From positions 70,751-134,750 of the forward strand of contig JAUYFM010000068.1 in NCBI GenBank assembly GCA_030690945.1: a stretch of DNA of 64,000 bases. Reading direction: 5' to 3'. Below, piece after piece: positions 57,272 to 64,000 of the stretch. Position numbers and translations under genes: made by a program. Position 1 is the stretch's first letter; every line of letters starts with the position of its first letter. The stretch is from Smithellaceae bacterium (GTDB lineage: Bacteria; Desulfobacterota; Syntrophia; Syntrophales; Smithellaceae). The notes under the pieces are model-generated. The model was given only the letters and a program-made list of their open reading frames with translations, ran no database searches and was not told the origin of the DNA.

Positions 57272-57610
57272 ATGGCCGGTATCAAATGTATTAACTGTGG
57301 TTATATCGGGATCCTTGAGAATCAGGGCATTCTTTTTGATGGGAAAACTGATGACATGCCGAATTCCCGTTGCTTCATGTATAAGGGGCACAACTCTTTC
57401 TCCGGCAGGCTTAACTATAAATGCTCCCTGTGCGAAGCAATAATTCTTGTTGATCCCATGGATGTTCTGGGGGCGGTGGGGTATGAGATCATAACAGATG
57501 TTCGCGAAAAACCGAAAGAAAAAGGTTTGTTTGCATCGTTTTTTCTCAGCCAGGAGAAAAAATATGGCGACTGCCAGATAAGATCTGGCGCTGACGTTTC
57601 TGCAAAGTAA
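57272..57610 (+). CDS. Hypothetical zinc-ribbon-like protein
   Basis: CxxC pairs (CINCG ... CSLCE). aaaggag SD. No family recognised. Confidence 0.4.
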   Translation: MAGIKCINCGYIGILENQGILFDGKTDDMPNSRCFMYKGHNSFSGRLNYKCSLCEAIILVDPMDVLGAVGYEIITDVREKPKEKGLFASFFLSQEKKYGDCQIRSGADVSAK

Positions 57611-57625
57611 AATAAGGAGGATACC

Positions 57626-57805
57626 ATGAAATCAAGTACGAAGGATAAGGCGGAAGGCACGTTTCACGAAGTGAAGGGTAAGATTAAGGAGGTCGCCGGA
57701 AAACTTAGCGATGACCCAAATTTGGAAGCCGAAGGCACCGGTGAAAAAATAGCCGGAAAAGTTCAGGTAAAGGTCGGCCAAGTTAAGAAGGTTTGGGGAG
57801 TCTAG
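57626..57805 (+). CDS. CsbD-family stress protein (59 aa, absent from the supplied ORF track)
   Basis: Hand translation: MKSSTKDKAEGTFHEVKGKIKEVAGKLSDDPNLEAEGTGEKIAGKVQVKVGQVKKVWGV*. Strong SD aaggagg at 57613-57619, 6 nt before the ATG. Confidence 0.75.
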   Translation: MKSSTKDKAEGTFHEVKGKIKEVAGKLSDDPNLEAEGTGEKIAGKVQVKVGQVKKVWGV

Positions 57806-57926
57806 TGATACCGCAGCGTATCATCTACCAAGAGAGGTAATAAACCTAAGGTCAAGGCGAAGACGCGGTTAACGGGAAAGTTTAAAACTGACAAAGATGT
57901 TCAACAAAGAAAAAGGGTGAAATTAT

Positions 57927-58121
57927 ATGAAGAAATTAGTGGTGTTATTTGTAGCTATAATGTTTCTTGCGTCGTTTACGTTGATTGGCTGTAATCAATC
58001 AACGCCAGCACCAGAGAAGGGAGCGCCTGGAGTATCTGGAGCGCCTGGAGCACCTGGAGCACCTGGAGCACCAGCAGCGCCAGCAGCACCAGCAGCGCCT
58101 GTAGCACCAGATAATAAGTAG
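57927..58121 (+). CDS. Small lipoprotein with Gly/Ala/Pro tripeptide repeats
   Basis: Lipobox FTLIGC|N, then GAPGVSGAPGAPGAPGAPAAPAAPAAPVAP. Confidence 0.55.
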   Translation: MKKLVVLFVAIMFLASFTLIGCNQSTPAPEKGAPGVSGAPGAPGAPGAPAAPAAPAAPVAPDNK

Positions 58122-58247
58122 CCGCTGGATATCGGGGGGATATCCTCACCAAGAGGATATCCCCTATGAATGGCAAAGTGTCAACCTTCTCTTAGACAAA
58201 GAGTAATATCAAAATTATTAACCAAATTAAAAGAAAGGCAAAGGATT

Positions 58248-58457
58248 ATGAGTAACGTTTATAAAGTTATCGAAATTATCGGAAGCAGTGATACATCATG
58301 GGAAGATGCTGCTAAAAAAGCTGTTGAAGTCACAGCAAAAAGCTTGGACGAAATAAGGATTGCTGAAGTAAAAGAACTCGATATGAGAGTGGAAAAAGGG
58401 AAAGTTGTGGAGTATCGGGCGAAATTAAGAGTATCGTTTAAATATAAGCCTGAATAG
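58248..58457 (+). CDS. Dodecin-family flavin-binding protein
   Basis: MSNVYKVIEIIGSSDTSWEDAAKKAVEVTAKSL...IRIAEVKELDMRVEKGKVVEYRAKLRVSFKY. About 69 aa, a typical dodecin layout. Confidence 0.75.
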   Translation: MSNVYKVIEIIGSSDTSWEDAAKKAVEVTAKSLDEIRIAEVKELDMRVEKGKVVEYRAKLRVSFKYKPE

Positions 58458-58617
58458 ACTTTTTGCGATCAGCGCTTCCTGCCGCGCCCAATGGGGCACG
58501 CGGCAAAAAAGTATTTATATCTGTAAGGGCGGCGGAATTCGTTCCGCCGCCCATCCATAAGACTGTATTCATAGGAAATCAGATATATAAATCAAAACAT
58601 CACATAAGGAGGATATT

Positions 58618-58959
58618 ATGAATGACGATACGACAAAGATCGGCGGCGCTATTTTAATAGGTGGATTGATAGGCGCCGCTATTGCACTTCTGTATGCACC
58701 CAAGTCGGGCCGCAAGACGCGGAAGGATATTATAAAGGTAGCGCGTCGTGCAAAAAATAGCACGACTGATTTAATCGAGGACACCCTTGACGATGTAAAC
58801 GACTTCATAAATGATTTAAAGGGAAAAGCCTCAGATATTGCAGATCAAGGCACGGACCTGACGGACAAAGCCAAGAAAGAGATCATGGCAACACTTGAGC
58901 AGGGACAAAAAGCGATAGAAAAACAGAAACAAAAGTTCTCAGAAGCGCTCGGTCTGTGA
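58618..58959 (+). CDS. YtxH-domain protein
   Basis: N-terminal GGLIGAAIALLYAPKSGRKTRKDI followed by a helical, Lys/Asp/Glu-rich tail. Confidence 0.7.
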   Translation: MNDDTTKIGGAILIGGLIGAAIALLYAPKSGRKTRKDIIKVARRAKNSTTDLIEDTLDDVNDFINDLKGKASDIADQGTDLTDKAKKEIMATLEQGQKAIEKQKQKFSEALGL

Positions 58960-59131
58960 GACTTAAAAAAATAGGATGAATTTTCCCCCACGCTGTGCCC
59001 TTGGCGTCTGCCATCGGGGTCGGTGTGTATGTGTAGCAGTGTTATAAAAAAGACTCCAAACTGCTGACAATGCAGCAGGGAACGGTTCTATTCTGTATTT
59101 ACCGGACTTAAGAACCATTCCCCGCTTTTTA

Positions 59132-60274
59132 TTACCTTGCCTGCAGCGCCCTGCCGATCGTCATGATTTCGGCTTCTTTGGTGCCTTCGTAAAGTTCCAG
59201 AATTTTCGCATCCCGATACCATTTCTGCACGGGGTATTCCTCAATGTAGCCGTAGCCGCCGTGCAGTTCCACGGCATAATTGGCGCAAAAGACAGCGGTT
59301 TGTCCGCCATAGAATTTAGCCATCGCGGCCAAGGTATAATCGGGTTTTCCCTGATCGATGAGCCAGGCCGCTTTGTAAACCAGGCCGCGCAGCGCTTCAA
59401 TGCGGATTGCCATTTCGGTCAGCTTCATCTGTGTAAGTTGATATGATCCTAACGGTGCGCCGAAGGCTGTTCTTTCTTTGACATATTTAATGCTGGTTTC
59501 CAGACAGGCTTCCGACAACCCCAGCGCCTGACCGGAAACCATCACGCGGGTGATATCGAAAAAGTGCATGAGCTGGCGAAAGCCATGACCTTCTTTGCCG
59601 ACCAGATTGGATTGAGGGACACGCACGTCCTCCAGCGCGATTTCCGCAGTATCGCTGGCGCGGATGCCCATTTTTCCGTGCAGTTTATTGCGCGTTACCC
59701 CTTTGGCGTCAGACGGAATGATGATCAGACTGAAGCTGTTATGCTTTTTTTCTTCCGGGTTGGTGATGCACTGGGCCACCATGAAATCGCAAACGGTGCC
59801 GTTGGTGATGAACATTTTATTGCCGTTGATCACGTAGTCTTTACCATCTTTGACCGCCCGGGTTTTGTAACCGGAGACATCCGTTCCGGCATTCGGCTCG
59901 GTATAAGCGCCGGCGCAGACTTGCACGCCTTCGCAAACAGGCGGCAGATACGTCTTTTTCTGTTCTTCCGTGCCGTAGTTGAGAATGGATTCGCAGCCAA
60001 AGCCCGATGCAACAATATTCAGGCCGATGCCCATGTCCACTTTGGATATTTCTTCCGTGATGATGGTATTGCCTAAGATTCCGGCACCGGACCCGCCGTA
60101 TTCTTCCGGAATCCACGCGCCGACCAAACCGTTTTGGGCCGCCTTTATTCGAGTTTCCGGCATGTATTTTTCATGTTCATCGCATTCCTGGGATACCGGC
60201 TTAACCTCCGCCACCGCAAATTTATAAGCCATTTCCTTCAGCATTTTCATCTCTTCTGTTAGTTCGAAATCCAT
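59132..60274 (-). CDS. Acyl-CoA dehydrogenase
   Basis: YTEPNAGTDV, FITNG, LHGGYGYIEEYPVQKWYRDAKILELYEGT. Confidence 0.9.
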   Translation of the reverse strand: MDFELTEEMKMLKEMAYKFAVAEVKPVSQECDEHEKYMPETRIKAAQNGLVGAWIPEEYGGSGAGILGNTIITEEISKVDMGIGLNIVASGFGCESILNYGTEEQKKTYLPPVCEGVQVCAGAYTEPNAGTDVSGYKTRAVKDGKDYVINGNKMFITNGTVCDFMVAQCITNPEEKKHNSFSLIIIPSDAKGVTRNKLHGKMGIRASDTAEIALEDVRVPQSNLVGKEGHGFRQLMHFFDITRVMVSGQALGLSEACLETSIKYVKERTAFGAPLGSYQLTQMKLTEMAIRIEALRGLVYKAAWLIDQGKPDYTLAAMAKFYGGQTAVFCANYAVELHGGYGYIEEYPVQKWYRDAKILELYEGTKEAEIMTIGRALQAR

Positions 60275-60343
60275 ATTTATTTCTCCTTTTCATCAATGTT
60301 TAGACTGCGAGACGGCATTGGAAAGATCCATCTGCATGTAAAA

Positions 60344-61201
60344 TTATTGTTTGTTGTAATCATAAACGCCTTTGCCTGTTTTACGTCCGAAATTTCCGGC
60401 GCGGACAAGCTTTCTTAAAATAGGGGCGGGCCTGTATTTATCGCCCAGTTCCCGGTGTAATCCCTCGACCACGCGTAATAATGTTTCATTGCCGACAAGA
60501 TCGGCCAGCGCCAGCGGGCCGATCGGGTGGTTGCATCCCAGAACCATCCCTTTATCAATATCCTCAGCCGAGGCCAGGCCCTCATCCAGAACAAAGAAAG
60601 CCTCATTGAGCATCGTGCAGAGAATTCTGTTGACGACAAATGCCGGGGCCTCTTTGACAATGATGACATCTTTGCCGATCTTTTTGCCCCATTCGCGGGC
60701 CGTTTCCAGCGTCTCGTCGGACGTTTGATGGCCGCGGATAATTTCCAGCAGGCGCATCACCGGAACGGGGTTGAAGAAATGTGTGCCGATAAAGCGATCC
60801 GGCCTGCCGGTTACAGCCGCCATTTCCGTAATACTCAGCCCCGATGTGTTCGTGAAAAATAAACAATGTTTGGGGACAATTTCTTCAAGTTCGGCATACA
60901 CTTTTTTCTTGACGTCCATGACTTCGATCACCACTTCGACAACGATGTCCGCCCCGGTGGCCGCTTCCTTTAAATCCAGCATTGGCTTGATCCGGGAGAG
61001 AATCGCGTTCATTTGATCGGGCGTCATCTTTCCTTTTTCAACGTCACGTCCAAGATTCTTTTTAATCGTATTCATGCCGCCATCAATAAATTTTTGTTCG
61101 ATATCGCGCAAAGTAACTTCGTAACCGGCCTGAGCGCAAACCTGCGCAATGCCGTTACCCATTAAGCCGGCACCCAAAACACAAACCTTCTTGATTTCCA
61201 T
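60344..61201 (-). CDS. hbd: 3-hydroxyacyl/3-hydroxybutyryl-CoA dehydrogenase
   Basis: [16 protein letters not shown] Rossmann fold and [14 protein letters not shown]. Start trimmed to the ATG at 61201. Confidence 0.88.
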   Translation of the reverse strand: MEIKKVCVLGAGLMGNGIAQVCAQAGYEVTLRDIEQKFIDGGMNTIKKNLGRDVEKGKMTPDQMNAILSRIKPMLDLKEAATGADIVVEVVIEVMDVKKKVYAELEEIVPKHCLFFTNTSGLSITEMAAVTGRPDRFIGTHFFNPVPVMRLLEIIRGHQTSDETLETAREWGKKIGKDVIIVKEAPAFVVNRILCTMLNEAFFVLDEGLASAEDIDKGMVLGCNHPIGPLALADLVGNETLLRVVEGLHRELGDKYRPAPILRKLVRAGNFGRKTGKGVYDYNKQ

Positions 61202-61546
61202 AAAGAGCTCTCCTTGTATAATTTTATTCGGCAAAATGATTCCTGCAACTATCTTTTTCGATCAGACAAGCGGGTGAAAACTAACAGCATCACACTACTG
61301 AAGTCAAGGGAAAACACGCAGATAAAGAATATAAGGAGCGGTTGGGCATGAATTTGTTGTTACCGGCAAAGCACGGGTGAAAAGAAGAAATGATTGCATT
61401 GATGAAAGACGTATTTGAAAAATCCGGATCAGGTCGAAGAACGTCCGTTCTTTTTTTATGTCCTTCGTTCGCGTTCTTTATTGACTACCGGTTCAAAATT
61501 TGCTAAGTGGCTACAAGTTCTAAAGATTCATAAATTCCGATACTAG

Positions 61547-62206
61547 ATGTTTGAAATGATTGATCTGCACACACATTCAATTTTCAGCGACGGTGAACTG
61601 ATTCCGTCCGAGTCGGCCCAGCGGGCCTATGCCGCCGGATACAAGACGATAGCCATTACGGATCACGCCGATTATTCCAATATCGATTTCATTCTTCCCA
61701 GAATGATCAAGGTTTGTGCAAAGATAACGGAAAAGGGCAAAATTCGGGTTTTACCGGGGCTGGAGTTGACGCATGTTGATCCTTCCGATATTGTCTCGCT
61801 CACTTCTGAAGCCAGAAAATTAGGGGCAAAAATCGTTATTGTCCATGGTGAAACCATGACGGAACCCGTACCGGCCGGCACCAATCTGGCTGCCATTCAT
61901 GCAGGTGTTGATATTCTTGCCCATCCCGGTCTGATCACCGAAGAAGCGGTTTGCCTTGCTGCAAAAAAAGGTGTCTTTCTCGAAATTACGACCCGCAGAG
62001 GTCATAGCTTTAGTAACGGCCATGTCGCTCAAATGGCCAGAAAATATAACGCGCAACTGGTGCTCAATAACGACGCTCATGCGCCGGGGGATTATGTCGG
62101 CATTAAAACGGCGACAAATATTGCAAGAGGAGCAGGATTGTCCGACGAAGAAATTGCCGTCATGTTTGAGAATTCTCAAACGTTGGTACAGAGGGTCTGT
62201 GTGTGA
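61547..62206 (+). CDS. PHP-domain phosphoesterase (histidinol-phosphatase-like)
   Basis: IDLHTHSIFSDG N-terminus and later metal-ligand His/Asp residues (ITDHAD, VHGE, NNDAHAPGD). Confidence 0.7.
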   Translation: MFEMIDLHTHSIFSDGELIPSESAQRAYAAGYKTIAITDHADYSNIDFILPRMIKVCAKITEKGKIRVLPGLELTHVDPSDIVSLTSEARKLGAKIVIVHGETMTEPVPAGTNLAAIHAGVDILAHPGLITEEAVCLAAKKGVFLEITTRRGHSFSNGHVAQMARKYNAQLVLNNDAHAPGDYVGIKTATNIARGAGLSDEEIAVMFENSQTLVQRVCV

Positions 62207-63465
62207 AGCGTAGTTCTGGTTCAAAGCCGTTGAATATCTGCCTGCTGACGTATCGGGGAAATCCTACATGTGGCGGGCAGGGTGTTTACATAAAGCATTT
62301 AAGCAAGGCATTAGCCGACGATGGACATCGGGTGGATGTCATCTCCGGACCGCCTTATCCCCATCTGGACAACAATGTCCGCCTGATTAAATTGCCCAGT
62401 CTCGATCTCTATCATCCGGATCATCTTTTCCGTCCGGAGAAAATAAGCGATCTGACCAATCCGCTTAATATGTATGAGTTTTTTAATGTCTGCACAGGCA
62501 GTTTCCCGGAGCCTTATACGTTTGGCGAACGGGTTTATGCCTATCTGAAAAAACACAAAAACGAGTACGACATTGTTCACGATAATCAGAGTCTTTCCTA
62601 CGGTATCGGAAGGCTCGCACAAAAAATCATGCCGACCCTTGCCACGATTCACCATCCCATCACGGTGGACCGGCAGGAAGATTATAAAGTGGCCAAGACG
62701 CTCCGCCAGAAATTCCGTGTTCATCGCTGGTACTCGTTCATTAATATGCAGTTGAAAGTGGCGCAAAACTTTTCCCATATCATCACCGTGTCGGCATTCA
62801 CCAAAAAAGATATCGCCAAAGAATTCTCCCTGGACGAAAATAAATTTCGCGTCGTGCATAACGGCATCAACAACGAATTTTTTTATCCCAAGCAAAACGG
62901 CCCGAGGCCGGAAAATTCTCTGATCGTCACCAACAGCGCCGATACACCTTTAAAGGGTCTCAATTTCCTTCTGGAGGCGGTAGCCCAGATTCGGACCAAA
63001 CAGCCGATCAAATTGACTGTTATCGGTCAGCCCAAGAAAGACGGCATCATTGAAAACCTGGTGGCCAAACTGGGCGTTTCCGACATTGTGCATTTTACCG
63101 GACGCATTGACAATGAAGAATTTGCCGATTACTACGCCAAATCAACGATTGCCGTTGTGCCGTCCCTTTATGAAGGGTTTGGCATTCCCGCCGCCGAGGC
63201 GATGGCCTGCGGCGTGCCGCTGATTTCCACATCCGGCGGCGCTCTGCCGGAAGTGGTGGGAGACGCGGGAATGATCGTTCCGCCCGCCGACGCGAAAGCG
63301 CTGGCGAAGGCCATTACGCATTTGTTGAATGTTCCTGAAGACAGGGAAAAATACGCGCAAGCGGGTCTGGCGCGCGTCAATTCGGTTTTCAGCTGGAAGA
63401 AAGCTGCCGAGGAAGTGGTCGAAGTCTATCGTGAGGCAATGAATGGTCACCGTCGATTTTCATGA
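62203..63465 (+). CDS. Glycosyltransferase, GT4 (GT-B, group 1)
   Basis: N-terminal GGQGVYIKHL and the C-terminal EGFGIPAAEAMACGVPLIST motif. The GTG start overlaps the PHP stop. Confidence 0.8.
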   Translation: MKRSSGSKPLNICLLTYRGNPTCGGQGVYIKHLSKALADDGHRVDVISGPPYPHLDNNVRLIKLPSLDLYHPDHLFRPEKISDLTNPLNMYEFFNVCTGSFPEPYTFGERVYAYLKKHKNEYDIVHDNQSLSYGIGRLAQKIMPTLATIHHPITVDRQEDYKVAKTLRQKFRVHRWYSFINMQLKVAQNFSHIITVSAFTKKDIAKEFSLDENKFRVVHNGINNEFFYPKQNGPRPENSLIVTNSADTPLKGLNFLLEAVAQIRTKQPIKLTVIGQPKKDGIIENLVAKLGVSDIVHFTGRIDNEEFADYYAKSTIAVVPSLYEGFGIPAAEAMACGVPLISTSGGALPEVVGDAGMIVPPADAKALAKAITHLLNVPEDREKYAQAGLARVNSVFSWKKAAEEVVEVYREAMNGHRRFS

Positions 63466-64000
63466 ACTGAAGCTAAAACCGGGCTCTCACGTGCTGGACG
63501 CCGGATGCGGCAGCGGCAGGCATCTGCGCGCTCTGGCCAAACTGCCGGGCTTGAAACTTGTCGGCATTGACCGTAACGCCCAAGATGCGGCAGACGCGCT
63601 CGCTGGCCTGAAAAACATGCCTGACGCTCTTTCTTACGATTACCGGGTCGAGACGGCCGACATCAACGCTCTTCCTTTTGACGACGCGGCATTCGATTGC
63701 GTGATCTGTTCGGAAGTCCTCGAGCACATTCCCGAGCATGAAAAGGCGCTTTCCGAACTGGTTCGCGTGCTCAAACCGCAGGGGCATTTAGTCGTCAGCG
63801 TGCCGCGCTATTTTTCCGAAAGAATCTGCTGGTTGATTTCTTCGGAGTATCATAGCAATGAGGGCGGGCATATCCGCATTTATAAGAAGAAGCAACTGCG
63901 CAAGATGCTGGACCGGCAGGGGATCACCTGCTGGAAAATCAATTACAAACATGCGCTGCACGCGCCTTACTGGTGGCTCAAATGCCTGGTCGGGTCAAAG
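63446..64000 (+). CDS. Class I SAM-dependent methyltransferase (partial, runs off the window)
   Basis: Hand translation from the ATG at 63446: MVTVDFHELKLKPGSHVLDAGCGSGRHL...FDCVICSEVLEHIPEHEKALSELVRVLKPQGHLVV. No stop before 64000. 20-nt overlap with the GT4 gene. Confidence 0.7.

Noticed and set aside
58470-58550. GC-rich hairpins after dodecin (tgccgcg...cgcggca followed by an A-run, and gggcggcgg-aattcgtt-ccgccgccc)
   Set aside because: These are plausibly just transcript-stabilising or terminator structures. The A-run rather than T-run orientation is odd, but no further evidence could be extracted by eye.

Overview
This is a chromosomal, mostly housekeeping window. Gene order and protein flavour look deltaproteobacterial (Thermodesulfobacteriota, possibly Syntrophales-like), but that is inference only.

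Gene content, in order:
- Start of window: the end of an ATP synthase a/c module (atpE), an ArfB-type rescue factor, and a 4-subunit 2-oxoacid:ferredoxin oxidoreductase operon with an ACT protein. A NusG paralog sits at its 5' side.
- A COG2509-like FAD oxidoreductase and ribD.
- A pilD plus four minor-pilin-like genes, preceded by what reads as a sigma70 promoter and a GEMM-I (c-di-GMP-I) riboswitch.
- Translation and housekeeping genes: argS, a SPOR protein, and ffh-rpsP-KH-rimM-trmD-(SPOUT-like)-rplS-rnhB-yraN.
- Sugar-nucleotide genes ugd/uxs, then rsmI.
- A four-gene block of secreted proteins and lipoproteins (LPP20-like, DUF799-like, FecR-like).
- pgsA, tRNA-Val(GAC), and thrS-infC-rpmI-rplT-pheST-ihfA-merR.
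- A PxxKW Cys-rich mini-protein and an orphan PTS IID-like gene with ptsH-ptsI.
- plsB, eno, ttcA and smpB-ssrA (tmRNA), followed by two truncated IS transposase fragments.
- nifU-nifS-cysE and hup.
- An acyl-CoA metabolism neighbourhood: 2 AMP-ligases, 2 acyl-CoA dehydrogenases, hbd, an SDR and an XRE-cupin regulator. It is interrupted by a small stress-protein islet (Zn-ribbon, CsbD, Gly/Ala/Pro-repeat lipoprotein, dodecin, YtxH).
- End of window: a PHP-GT4-methyltransferase trio that runs off the 3' edge.

I found no recognisable defence system, CRISPR array, prophage or secondary-metabolite cluster.

Observations that stand out most:
1. The riboswitch-like leader in front of the pilin operon.
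2. A roughly 103-bp three-hairpin intergenic repeat present 5 times in both orientations, with compensatory stem changes.
3. Other structured repeats: a REPIN-like nested palindrome and a tandem ~80-bp unit.
4. An infC that apparently starts at ATA.
5. A 59-aa CsbD gene missed by the ORF track.

All functional calls come from motif recognition by eye. No searches were run.
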